A DNA stretch of 64,000 nt from Eledone cirrhosa (Eukaryota): positions 372,062,001-372,126,000 of the forward strand of contig OZ024740.1 of assembly GCA_964016885.1 (NCBI GenBank). Reading direction: 5' to 3'. The notes under the pieces are model-generated. The model saw only the letters and a program-made list of their open reading frames with translations, did no database searches and had not been told where the DNA came from. Shown here piece after piece: positions 1 through 13,526 of this stretch. Position 1 is the stretch's first letter, and every line of letters begins with the position of its first letter. Position numbers and translations under genes: made by a program.

Positions 1-98
1 GGGTGATTAAGGTCTGGTAGACTGATTGTTTTATCTTAATGGAGGTGATGCGGCTATATAGAGAGAGTGAAAGAAAGGTTGGGAGATTCTTCACTCTT

Positions 99-224
<126 letters not shown>

Positions 225-2900
225 CTAGCAGGGGCAGTTGGCGTTGCCAAGGGATGAATTTGAATCAGTGCTTGGTTAAAATGTTTTTCAGAGAACTTAA
301 TATTAATATCTGGGTTTGCTTGTTGAACTGCCATGTCCTCACGATGTTTCATCCAAAGCTGTAGGGGACTGCCAAGTTGACACACGTTCAGCATAATTGC
401 AAAAATGTTACGGAGTTTCCTTGGAAAATCTAACACTGATGCTTCAGTCAATGCAAGGACCCATTGTTCATAATTTTCTAAAAAAAACATTTTAATAGCA
501 TGATTCCCTATAATTTTCACACACATGACTATTCACCCTCAAATCTTGGAATGATTTGGGACCACGTACTTCATGCTACGTAGTAGCATTCTGCTTGAAT
601 TAGATGGGCACTGTAAACTCTTGCGTCAGTCTCACGTTTTCTCTTGTGCCATTTATTGTTTCTCCAGGTGTAATACATGGGTAATTCTAGGTAAAGGAGT
701 TTTCTTGCATCTTCATCTTGACACAACTTTAAAAAAGCAGTAAAGGTAGCTTATTTTGGAGAAAGTGCTTGTTGCGAGGCTGTTTGTTTTGTAAACATAA
801 CCATTTGGCAATTCTCTAGATGGACACTCAGATGAATGATAGCTGGGTGCCTCTCATGAAAGAGAAAATTGAAGATGTGCCACAAAGCCTCATTGCGACT
901 GATGTATCTACCTCTCTCATACTGTGCAACTTCGTCGTTTTTATTTATCTGCTGACTGCCATTCTACATAAGAGTGTATGTTGCAGCATCTAAACCTTTG
1001 TTTATATATTTGCAAACATACTTAATACTCTTAATCAGAGTTGCAGAATTCAACATTGATATGGGCTTTGAAAGTTTTTGTAAGAAGAGGATAGTAGGGT
1101 GCAACCCATCGATTGTCAATGATGAATTCTTGCCTATTTCTCAATTTCGTTTTCGGAGTGAATCGACCATGCCCAGGTGTTCTTCTCATGTAAAGGGGGT
1201 AGCCACCTTCTCCAGTTTCGTGTTTTAGTACAGAGGGACGCGGGTAGTTCTTAGTAAACTTATTATCCCTCATGCATGGGGAGGATGGATTAATTGAATC
1301 ACAGGGCCCATAAATCATCTGGGACTTGACAATTTCATGCAACAAAGGATCTTGCTGTGGATCAGGCAGTTCAGCTGAGATAAATAAATCAATATCAAAG
1401 ATTTTCATGTAACCAAATAAAAATGTGGGCATGTGGCAATCTCTTTTTTAAGAGATCCATCAGCTTTATGACTTTAAGTCTGAACACCCTAGCTATAATA
1501 TTTGAGTTCTTCATGATAAAGCTCACTCTTTATTTTATGCCATGCTGGGTTACATGTGAATGCAATGAAGAGAGGTCTGGATGACCATAGTGTCTGACAT
1601 ATGTAAGTGCATCTTGGGTACGCTCATGCATATACCGTGGACTTTCTGTAAAGCTTGATGGAAGAATGACAAAAAGCTATCCTATGTTATTAGCAGCCAA
1701 TGCTCCTTCATTACTGTTTGCATCTCTCAGGTAAATGCACGGAGATCTTTCTAATGTGTTCTAATGTAAAGAAGCCTTTCTCCTTCAATCCTTGCATACA
1801 TATCAACTGCAAATTGCTGGAAGAGCTCACGTGAATGATGAAGAATATTGAAGTCTTGCTCTCTTAATATGAAAAGGTAAGCATAGAATCCCATGCAGCT
1901 TACTGTCTTTGTCAGTGCAGGAGCTGTTCTTTTAAGATCTGTTTGTTTGGTACGAAAGTGATATCCATCTTGGCCAAATACATAGACTAATGGATACTGG
2001 AGTGCATCATATGATCAGTGGGTTGCATTTATCCGCTGCATCTTATTTCCTCTTCCTTGAATAATAATATATCTCTTCCCATACTCGTCACCTGTAATAA
2101 TTGCTGCTACTTCATTTGCGGTAGGAGCATTGTAGCGGCATCTGTGTTCAGCAACAGGCTTTTTGTCTGCATCAATAGCTTTCTTGTATTCAGTAGGTCG
2201 TACGAATTATAATACATACTTGACCTTGAACTTTAAAAGTTGGCTTCATGTTCCCTTCTCTTATAATATTTCTACCAAAGGAGGTCATTTGGAAAGCAGA
2301 ATTATAATTCCGAATGTTTTTCAAGAAGTCCATGCTCCTTGTTTTGTTTCCCAAAAGCAATGTCTTCAAAGTATCTGGGGGTGTACCAAACGTCTGTAAA
2401 ACAACCGTTCCTCCACCACAACACATAGTGGTGGCTTCTCTTTCCCATTTCTTTCCTTTCCTTCCTTTACAAAAATTGCACTCTTTGACATAGCTCCGAT
2501 ATCAATCAATTTCTCTGGAGAATAACCATGTTTTGGATCAAAGTTGAAAGCTGATCTTTTCCAAGTCCCCTTGAAAGATGCAAATCTTTAGTCAAACGTA
2601 TTCAGCCTATCTTGATCAAGACGCTCACATCTATCATCTGCGGTTTGGCGAAGTCTTGCAGCAACTGTTTGCTCCTGGATTTTTCTTTGTCTAATCTCTC
2701 GCTGACTTATTGTCTAAATGGCAACTCTGGCAGCTTGTCTTTGTCTTGCATCTTTTAAACGCTTTTCTCTTTCCGTTTTTGACTCTTGGCTCATGCGATT
2801 GCATTTTGTTAATGTAATTGTCCTAATCATTTTTCTCCTGCCTCTTGAGACTCATTGGCCCTGCGTGCAGCAGTTCTCCTCCATAAATGGACCCCAAAAC
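225..2900 (-). mobile_element. Decayed Helitron: Rep region present, PIF1 helicase region absent
   Basis: Minus-strand fragments match Helitron RepHel: RNYNSAFQMTSFG, ISAELPDPQQDPLLHEIVKSQMIYGPC, GYPLYMRR, DNRWVAPYYPLL..KAHINVEFC, LTEASV..PRKLRNIFAIML. The 3' terminus is a GC-rich GGCAACGCC motif followed by CTAG|T at 225-228. Many stops and frameshifts; 5' boundary approximate. Confidence 0.85.
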
Positions 2901-3400
2901 CAATGTTCGCATATTCATATTAAATGTAAGAAACTTTATTTATACTAAACAAGCTCTCTTCCTCGACCGTTTATCTACAGATATCCCCCCCACACACATA
3001 CATATAAATGGTTACATATATTATGTACATGTAAATATAGACATATGTATCTATATATCTATACATCTATCTATCTGTCTGTCTATCTGTCTGTCTATCT
3101 ATCTTTCTATCTGTTTTCATTGTAACTGTTGGGGTGGGGAATTTGCTAACAGTAATGGAGAAGGAGATTATCTTTCGAAGGCAAGGAAAACATTAAATTA
3201 AAACAGTTGCTTTGCCGGCGCCTCTAGTACAATCAACACTGTTAGTCGAAGGTGGTAATAATCTTTAGATTGATGTATATGTTTACCTATTTAGTGATAA
3301 TTCAGAATTATTTGATCAGCGCTAAAGAAGCTAAAGATTACCCCGTCAAATCATATCAACATCATATATCATCTACTGTGTGAATATGTATGTATGTATG

Positions 3401-3476
<76 letters not shown>

Positions 3477-3521
3477 TATTTATATATATATGTATGTATA
3501 CAATATAAATATATATATATA

Positions 3522-3558
<37 letters not shown>

Positions 3559-6500
3559 ACATATTATATTATTTTCTGAAGACAGTAAAGCATGATTAAT
3601 GAAATTAGAATTGAAAAGTAAAGAATATGAGAAAGAAAACAGAAGTGAAACGAATTTGTATTTAAAACCGGGTCAACACCTAATTCAATGAAGATCAATG
3701 CAAAGTTGATTAAAGTAGAACAGCTGTCAGAAAAGTTAAAATGCCAAAATATTATTCCATAGAAGTACTGCAGCTGTCCCTTGAATATCACACCCACCAC
3801 CTGGTAATCCTCCAGTAATAATGCTTTCATTATTGTTTTTAGGTCTACGTTATTGTTTCTTTTTATCCAAACTCTCTTAATTCAGTTTGACCAAATGACT
3901 TCTTATTCCAGATAACAGTGATGGCAATATTGATATTATTATTTTTGATCTGATGACGATTCCGATGATGATGGTGATGATCGTGATGATGACAATGATG
4001 ACAAAACAACACATAATAATAGTAATAATGAAATGATAATAATGAGAAGATATATCCTTGGCAGACGTATCTAATCGATCTTAGAGAAATCTTGGAACAA
4101 ATATCATAGATTTCGATTATTAAGATATTTGAATTTTGCTCTTTATGACCTTTTGCAAGTTCTTGGAGTCTGGCCATTTACGTTTAAGTCTATCAATCAT
4201 TCATCTTGTCATAGAAATAATACCTGAAGTGAACTATAGAAAATCGGGGCTAGATACGTCATATAAAAAGATCATTTTGATAAGCTGCAAAAATATTGAT
4301 ATTCGAATTTACAAACCTTAGCAAATAGTAATTGTTTTGGCTTTAAATCCTCACCGAAACGAAGTGTAAAGATAAACATATTGAATTCATTTACACTTTC
4401 TATAATTGTATATACGTGGCAGTCTTACTTTTTCAGCTATCATTATTCATACGCTATTTCTAGATCAGTTAATACACCATAACGAAATCTGATACCAATT
4501 TCTTAAGTAACATTTATATAAAATCATTAATTATTTGAGACATTCATATTTATATTCAATAAACAAAGTAATTATTTCACATTTACGCCTAGGATTTTTT
4601 AATAGGGATTTTCATAATTTTGCTCCATAAATTGAGTACAAGGGTCTAACGTTCTAGAACAGGGAATGGGATAAAAGTTCGCACCAGAGCCAAATTACAA
4701 GTCCATAAGAAGCCATGCGAAGTATTTGTGCTGAGAAAAATAATACATCTTTAACTTTACGAATGCACCCTAATATTGAATTATTGCTTTGGTTTTAGAA
4801 CATAAATAACTTTATTAATATGAGTTCTTAAAAACATTATCAATGGACTGTTTTGAATTTGAAAAGGGGGAAAATATTTTGCTCGGCATCAAGATATTTC
4901 TCCACCACTGCTATAGAACTATGAAAATAATTTTGACTATCGAGTGCCAAGGATTTAATAGTATAGCATAATGGATTATATTCTTAAACAGATGTAATAT
5001 CGCGTTAATACCTTACTGCGAAAGTATGTAGTTAACACCCTGAAATCTACGGAAAATATTTAAACTGGTACGATATATAAATAGCTTCTGTGAATTCGTT
5101 TTCAAATGTAAGGTTTTTGAAATACGTTTTAAATATTGTAGATCTTTTGTATATGACTGCAAGGTGAACAATTACATTTTAAAAACTATAAATAGATAAG
5201 GACAACCGCCTAATTAAAGACACTAAAGTTTTCCATTAAAATCTTTAGCTGCCAATTTCACGCAGCTCTATAAATTACTGAAGATATTGGATATTGTGAG
5301 ACAAAATGAATTAATAAAACATATATTCATTTTGCCTGAGGTTATTAGTTATAGGGCTGAAGGAACAAAACAATATTAATACTTAACTGATAATATTTGA
5401 TGTTTTCGTCTCTAGGATATACTATGAAATTCATAAATGAGGGACGACAAAATACTTTGATACATAAGACTAGAATAAAATGAAGGTTTTTTATATATGG
5501 AGTTAACAGCTTGTTGTTACCTACGAACACACAACAGAACTAAGACAAGACAAAAATGGATGAGATCTGTTGGTATAATTTAAGTCAAAATTGATTAAAT
5601 GAAAAATACTTCTCATTTCAGAATGGATTTCTCGATTATTGCACAACTAAACAAATATGATACATCATAAAATGGAATTCGAACCTTATTTGTACTGAGT
5701 ATCACTTTTAGTTTTACAGTTATATTATCCATAATGAATTGTAAAGTATCTTTATTGTTTGAGACTAACTGACCTCTGTATTACGTATAATATACATACT
5801 TTCATTGTAGGAATCTTTCAATCAAAATTATATTGTGGATTGGTGCTTTTTTCACAGCACAATTGTTTGCAACGTAGTGTCTAATCTATTAATATCAGAT
5901 TTATTTGTTCGAAACTTGAGATAAATAGTAGAATTGATCTTGAAAAGCGCTTGTCCCCTCGAGGGGGGATGATAAGAGTGTGTGAGTACTAAAGTGAACG
6001 AAAGAGAACAGTGGCGGTTGTGGTAGTGGCAACAATGTTGAAATCCCACTCTCTATATATCTTAAATCATTTCAACCAAACGAACATCACTGTCGCCATC
6101 ATCACCACCAACACCATCATCACTAACAAGGAATATCTCTATGACTTAATGGTGATAAACGCAAGGAATTAGCCAGGATCAATTGTACCACGCATATACA
6201 TATTGATATATATTTATATCTGCTGATAATTATACTCATATCACGCACACACTATGTAAAATTCACCTACGCGAAAACATACACAAACACGCAGTGTACA
6301 CCTGTCTATATAAAATAATCTGTGTATATAAATGCATAACTATATTATTAACTATTGATAAATTTTATAATCAGGCCAAGATTTATATGTATATATACAC
6401 ACACATACGCATGGACATGAGAATGTCCACATGCAAGCATGTTCATACAACATACTCTGGTGTAATAGCCAATACTTGGGAGGGTGTGTGTATGTTCGTG

Positions 6501-6769
6501 AGAATGTATATATAGATATCTAAGATTTTCCACTTGAACACCCCTTCTCCATGCTCCTACTACCCCCTTTTTTGTTTTGTCTCCTGTTGCCATCGGATCT
6601 GGTGTGACGCCTCCTTCATATCATCACTCTGCCTACTTCCCCATGATTCTAGTTTTCCCCTCCACCCACCACCGTTGATCCGTGGAGACAACCAGCCACA
6701 TACCCATGTTACAGCATAGTGCTCGAGTTCCTGCCCCCAGGGCCCACCCTCCATTCCTACGTAGCGACA

Positions 6770-6915
6770 CCAGCGGCACATGCACCACTACGAACAGGCG
6801 GAAGAATGGCCCGAACTGTTCAGGGTGTGGTTGTTTCCAACACCTTTCTTGTGTTGGCCGGATGCGTCGAATCTCCAGTGCCCTCAGAGTATGGTGATGC
6901 CTCAACTGTCTCTAC
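6770..6915 (+). pseudogene. Degenerate PHD-finger-like coding remnant, probably from a retrotransposon
   Basis: Frame reads TCTTT..CSGCGCFQHLSCVG..RVW*CLNC, a C4HC3 spacing with W-x-CxxC. It has an in-frame stop and no supporting ORF. Confidence 0.4.
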
Positions 6916-7570
6916 CTCTCGGCGACACAGCTGCGGCCTTCCACTATACCACCAGATCAGACAGCAAGCTTGTCTGATGTTGAAGTAATGTCGATAGGAG
7001 TCGAAATTGTGTTTCCCCATTCGATAGCCGATGACCATGGAGTATTTGTATGAACAATTTGGCAATATTATCAGTGATACACGTGACTCTCCCTCCTCTT
7101 TCTTTTTGAGTTGCTCGCTACTTTCACCATGAACTTATATTACGCTCCCTTGACGTGGAAAGAGAGCTTAAGTCCGTGGTATGAGCTGTACGAGAGGGGC
7201 AGCTTTGTCGTCTTTTTTTTCCCAGTGGCGATTGGTGCCTTGGCAGGTCCAACCATTCTCGGGTGGTCAGCCACATAAGGACGAGCTAAGGCGTAATAAC
7301 AACAATGTATGTCTGATAATAATAATGAATCCATACGGCAGCTGGGGGCCGAAAAGTCAGCGACTAGAGAGGATGGGATGGGCCTCTCTAGCCTGCCGCA
7401 ATCATCTCCGACAATCATCTTCTTTTGATCACTTGACAATTGTCTCGTTCTTTCGCCTCGGTGCTACAACACCCATGAGTCTAATAGACATCCGTCGTCA
7501 CACATTGTTCGACTTAAATGTAGAAAATTTAATTACAAACATATTTCCCCTCCCCACATAATTTCACGTT

Positions 7571-7619
<49 letters not shown>

Positions 7620-7638
7620 ACACACATATACACCCATC

Positions 7639-7669
<31 letters not shown>

Positions 7670-7917
7670 ACAGACATATATATATATATATCAATATATA
7701 TATCATTGAAGTGGGTGGTGTATTTGAATATAGAAGTCGAATATTACTGAAGGACCACGCCGTACAGAGTAAGTAGAATATAAGTATTATTTCGAAAAAG
7801 GTTGGGGCGACGTTAGTGACATGGAAGTTTTGGCTATATTGCTCCTTCAGAAAACCCGTTTGGGCAATCTTAGGAGGGAACAGAAGCCGAAATTAGAAGT
7901 GAATGCAAACGTTTCGT

Positions 7918-7993
<76 letters not shown>

Positions 7994-7994
7994 T

Positions 7995-8640
7995 ATATAA
8001 ACGGAAAAAATGAAACGAAATTTCATTTCCCACTCTTAGTACGGCTGTTATATAAATATAAGTATGTATACGTACATACATATATGTATACAGACGTACA
8101 GTAGTATGTATATATATATACATACATGCACACACACATATATATATATATGTACGTATGGATTCACCAAACATTTATTATAATGCTCGGTGTGTTTGTA
8201 AACACACATCCGGTATTAAGCCGTAGTGTCTAGCAACCACCGTTGCTCATTTGTTCAACACTGACAAAGGAATGCTGCACTAGCTTCAAACTTGTTAGGT
8301 ATCGTTAACAACGTATACCTTCCTGCCAGATTGTTGAACGTCCGAAAGTATATACTTTCCTTATGCATATTAACGGCTGAGTAGCCCAATTTGCATACCG
8401 AGTGGGTTAATCGACCGAGTGCACCGAAAACGATAAACGGAAAAAATGAAACGAAATTTCATTTCCCACTCTTAGTACGGCTGTTACTTAAATATAAGTA
8501 TGTACACGTACATGCATATATGTATACAGACGTACAGTAGTATGTATATATATATACATACATGCACACATATATATATGTACGTATGGATTCACCAAAC
8601 ATTTATTATATTGCTCGGTGTGTTTGTAAACAAACATCCC
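7995..8640. repeat. Partial tandem duplication, 436-bp period, with a structured non-coding spacer
   Basis: ACGGAAAAAATGAAACGAAATTTC starts at 8001 and again at 8437; about 200 bp is repeated. Confidence 0.75.
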
Positions 8641-8658
8641 GTATATCATGTTACCTTA

Positions 8659-8724
8659 TTTTATCTGATGAGAACACCATTTTTGTCCCAGAATGATTTT
8701 GTATTCGAAATGCGCATAATAAAA
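8659..8724 (+). ncRNA. Type-I hammerhead ribozyme in a Naiad-family pLTR fragment (8640-8752)
   Basis: TTTTAT-CTGATGA-stem II-GAAA-TGCGCA-TA-ATAAAA. Stem I, palindromic stem III and downstream tail match the HHR at 12424-12490; stem II differs. Confidence 0.8.
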
Positions 8725-8764
8725 TATATGGAACTCTTTTAACCATCTTTTATATATATATATA

Positions 8765-9180
8765 TTTAAAAAAATTGAGGTGCGACACACGAGTTGTAAT
8801 ATATTAGTAAAAAGGAAAAGAAAATGATGACAAATTTTTCCCAGTGAAAAATAGTTTAATTAGGAATAAGTATAAATTAGTAATAAGTATTTGTTAGTAT
8901 TCAGTTTTAGTTTTAAGTTTTTACCGGTTGCGCATTTCTTATGCTTTTCCAAAAAAATTTTGAGATAGAGTGCTCGTGATTTTTGCTCTAATCAGATTAG
9001 GGCAAAAACCAGGAGCACTCTATCTCAAAATTATATTTGAAAAGCATAAGAAATGCGCAACCGGTAAACACTTAAAACTAAAACAGAATACTAACAAATA
9101 ATTATTACTAATTTATACTTATTCCTAATTAAACTATTTTTCACTGGGAAAAATTTTTCAACGTTTTCTTTTCCTTTTTA

Positions 9181-9190
<10 letters not shown>
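8765..9190. repeat. Fold-back of two head-to-head pLTR fragments (family of the 36.8-42.8 kb PLE)
   Basis: Arms of about 190 bp centred on CTAATCAGATTAG (8988-9000), homologous to 36780-37012, flanked by (TA)n. Confidence 0.85.
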
Positions 9191-9228
<38 letters not shown>

Positions 9229-9461
9229 TGTGTGCGTGTGTGTGTGTGTGTATCTACATGTGTGTGTGTCTGTATATATGTATGTTATTATCGTCTGGCA
9301 ACGTAACAACGAAATATTGACAGTTCTATTACATAAAGGGCGCTCATCCATTGAAATTAAAAGGGTTAAAGAGAGACAGAGTGAAATAGTGAGAGAATGA
9401 GAACGTGTATGAAATTAAAGGGAAGTGCACGAGAAGGAGGTAAGGAGAGATATATTCTATA

Positions 9462-9564
9462 TACACCATCAATTTCTAAGCAATGTCTAAAACAAATTTA
9501 TAAATATATACACAATATATATTTATAAATTTGTTTCAGACATTGCTTAGAAATTGATAGTGTA
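9462..9564. repeat. Short near-perfect inverted repeat (~48-bp arms)
   Basis: ACACCATCAATTTCTAAGCAATGTCT...AGACATTGCTTAGAAATTGATAGTGT. Confidence 0.8.
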
Positions 9565-9734
9565 ACGATATTGTATATTGCTAACATAATCTTCACTTTA
9601 CCCATGATTGAAAACGTGACCTAAACTCATATATTGAAATATATTCGATAAATGTTTTATATGAAATAATAATATCCAAATCAATGTTGTCTTTTTCTGA
9701 TTTTATCCAACTTAATCTCTCTGTATGTATGTGT

Positions 9735-9786
<52 letters not shown>

Positions 9787-11388
9787 TCATAATTTTTTTT
9801 TCAATATTTCTTTGCTTTTGACTACGCTATGGTTTAATTTTCTGTTTCATCGAAATAGATCAGTGTGGCTTTAGAACAATCATATCAATCGGATGATTGT
9901 ATATTATTTATTCTGTGACTCGTGAAAAACGTTTGTAGCTAAAATTTAGCACAACGATAGCAAATTGACAGGGAAATGATTAAAAAGAACTACACACGAA
10001 CACACATACGCACACGCACAGACACACATACACAGACACACACATACACACACACACATATACGAACAACGTCAAACTGTTTCTCATCACAGAATATCTT
10101 ATAAACTTTCGCTGAAAAAATTCATTTAAGTCTTTTGAACTCGAAAGATGAATTGTATTTTGATATTTTGATGATGATAAATTGTTCACATAATTTGTTA
10201 TAATGCCGGCGTCTTTGATAATCGAGCACGATATTATGAAAAGCTAAGCTTTGTTTTGGAAAACAGTTAAAAGTTGTGTGTAACATGGCTGTAATTGGGG
10301 ATCAGTCTAACATCAAGAACAATTATTACTGAAAACACACATGCATTAAAAGAAAGATAAGAAACACTCCAGAGTAAAAATAAATATGAAATTTTACGAA
10401 AGTAAAGCACATTTACACATTCGTAGCGATCGCAAAATAACTCACAATATCCAATGGGACAAGTGGAAACGGTGTTAGCAAGATATGGGCTTAGAAAAAT
10501 CTTTTTCTTGACGAATAGGCTATATTCACACCTCACCATTGCAATCGCAAAGCAAAAGCAAAATAGGTTATTAATGAACTTTTCAGACCATTGCAGAAAT
10601 TAGTTGTGTATGGAACATTGACAATCAGTCACGACTATCCTGGTCACATTCTGATGCAAGATCTCAAATTTGATAAAACCACAGACCCATATTGAAATTC
10701 TCGATTGAGTCACAATGCTTATATGGAACTACCCAGTGAACGTGTGATTGGCCAGTGAGGCTTTTGTTAAAAATAGATCAATGAAAACGTCCAACCACAC
10801 TCGTATATATGTTTATATATACGCAGCTACATAGATGAATATATTCAGTTTGATTCCAATTTTCAATTTAGAATAAACTAATTCAGAGAATAATTCATTT
10901 AGTCACATACGCGCATCTTATACATACACATATACAAATAATCACATACACCAAAATACACACACACATATATATATGAATCCTATTTCTAACAGGTCGT
11001 GTAGCAAAGTAGATGCTCCCTCTGGGGCTTGTTATAGTGTACATTAATGCAATAAAGGGCTATTGATATTGTTCTTTCAACGCAGGTCAGTCATACCAAG
11101 CGGACAATTTATAGAAGGCGTTATAGCATTAACAATGCCACTTTTTTTCTGCACTTGAGAACTGAGTTAAGTTTTAAAACATTCAAATCGGTACCTAAAA
11201 GATTGCCAAAGAAAGCGCACTGGATTTTAATATACCACACTTTGATATACAATGTTCTCTACTAATAGTTTCTGTTATACGTTATAATCATAAAAATGAC
11301 TAATGATAAACAATACTAGTGATACACACTACATTCATGTATACATAACATACAAATATATATACACATGTATATACGTATATATATA

Positions 11389-11426
<38 letters not shown>

Positions 11427-11454
11427 TATATATATATATACATACACATATATA

Positions 11455-12145
11455 TGGTGGCTGCCAACTCGTTTTCGAGTACGGCCACTACTTTATATCC
11501 ATGTAGGAGAACCCCCACCGATGCGCTGAATGAGTGTGACTTTTTAGTCCAGCCAGCGACTTGAAAACTCTGGTACAAACACTACACTTGTGACAATTAT
11601 AGATACATAGTGGTGGGCCCATGGTACCATGTGACGACAAGTGCAGAGAGATCTCCAGATATAAAGCAATGCCTGTGTATATATATATGTATGTATATAT
11701 ATATATATATATGTCGTTGGCGACATATATATATACATGGTGGCTGCCAACTCGTTTTCGAGTACGGCCATTACTTTATATCCATGTAGGAGAACCCCTA
11801 CCGATGCGCTGAACGAATGTGACTTTTTAGTCCAGCCAGCGACTTGAAAACTCTGGTACAAATACTACACTTGTGACAATTATTGACACATAGTGCTAGG
11901 CCCATGGTACCATGTGACGACAAGTGCAGAGAGATCTCCAGAAATGTAGCAATGCCTGTGCCGTGAAGCTTTTATAGTGAGCAAAGGCACTGCACAAAGC
12001 CAGTTCCACTCTCTTAACCAAGATAATATTTACCAAAAAGAAGAACAAGTCAACATCATTGGATACCATCAGAGTTGCAGGTGTTATATCAGAGTTTTCC
12101 TTCTCCTAGAATTCTGCCTTGTCAAACGTTAAGGAGTCATCTCTC
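11455..12145. repeat. Unclassified interspersed repeat with an internal 283-bp partial tandem; inverted copy at 43208-43570
   Basis: GGTGGCTGCCAACTCGTTTTCGAGTAC occurs near 11456 and 11739, and as reverse complement near 43540-43570. TTTTCCTTCTCCTAG resembles RTE-related sequence. Confidence 0.65.
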
Positions 12146-12235
12146 GCGGTGATTTTGGATGGCCATTGACTCTTAAGAGCTCCTTTGACCTTTGACAGGT
12201 TTTGGTTTTAGTCCTGCAGGACTATATATACATAC

Positions 12236-12266
<31 letters not shown>

Positions 12267-12298
12267 AATATATATATACACATATACATGTATATATA

Positions 12299-12391
<93 letters not shown>

Positions 12392-12423
12392 AGATCAAAC
12401 GATGGTTAAAGGAGTTCCATGTA

Positions 12424-12490
12424 TTTTATTATGCGCATTTCAAAAACAAACATCATCATGCAATAATATTTGTGTTTTCATCAGATAAAA
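12424..12490 (-). ncRNA. Type-I hammerhead ribozyme (Naiad 3' pLTR)
   Basis: Minus strand: TTTTAT-CTGATGA-AAACACAAATA..TGTTTGTTTTT-GAAA-TGCGCA-TA-ATAAAA, cleavage triplet AUA. The 5' copy near 16110-16161 lacks the CUGAUGA half. Confidence 0.85.
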
Positions 12491-13526
12491 CAGGAGAACA
12501 TGATATGAAGGCTAAAGAACACTTGTGGATAGTGCAGTTTTAAATCTACATATGAAAAGTGGTTTTAGATTGATGTGTGATATTGGGAAAAATATTTTAT
12601 TTAGAGAGGGGGGGGGGGTGGATAGGATGAAAAAGGGGAGGAGATGAGAGGGAGAGATGGGTGATAGAGAGAAAGAGATAGCTTTTATAACTGAGAGGAG
12701 ATATACTGTCCCACACAGAGAGGTTGAAAACCGTTGGAAGATAATGTATAAACGCAAAAAAAAATTTTTGAAAATCAACGAAAGGAGGATATGTGCGAGG
12801 AAAAAGTATTTTATTTAGGGAGGGGGGCTGGAAAGGATGAAAAAAGGGGGAGGAGATGAGAGTGAAGGTGGAGAGGGAGAGATGGGCGATAGAAAGAAAG
12901 AGATAGTTTTTATAACTGAGAGAAAGATACATTGCCTTACACAGAGAGGTTGAGAAACCGTTGGAAGATAATGTATAAATTAAAGGAATTTGAAAATTAA
13001 CGAAGGGAATTTATGTATGAAGATAGAGAGAAGAAGTAATAATTGTGGATGAATATTCTAACGTCAAAAAAGGTTATGTTGTGGCAATTTCAAAATTAAC
13101 GAAGAGAAAAGTTATTAAGGTTTGTGTGTAGAAGGATTTGAGAAAAATAATGTGAAGTTAAAGTTTGTATATTGGAGGAATTGATAATATATGCGAATAG
13201 AGTTAATATGTATTAAGAATGAGTTCGTTGATGGGGAGAAAAAAAAATTAAGGATGAAATTGAGATTAAAAAGATTTATGAGAGAGAGAAAAAAATATAA
13301 TGATTGCGGATAAATATTCTAACGTCAAAAAAAACAAAAACAAAAAAACAGATGTATATGTTATGAATGATTTTACAAGGTGAAGATAGAGTGAGGGTAA
13401 TGAGTAAACAAGTATTATAGAGTGTATAAAGCCCTTTGAAGTATGGTAGGAAGATGGGTATATTTTAAAGAGGTGTATGTATATGTGCCTTTGAGAAAAG
13501 ATTCTAAATTGATAAAGAATTGAATA

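Noticed and set aside
7800-7856. Minus-strand CTGAAGG..AAAAC and similar motifs at 32130-32172 and 32605-32700 as hammerheads
   Set aside because: Cores and stem I are too degenerate; they are at most pLTR relics and were not counted.
8765-9190. Palindromes as DNA-transposon MITEs
   Set aside because: Arms are unequal pLTR fragments of a retroelement found in this window, with different centres in each copy.
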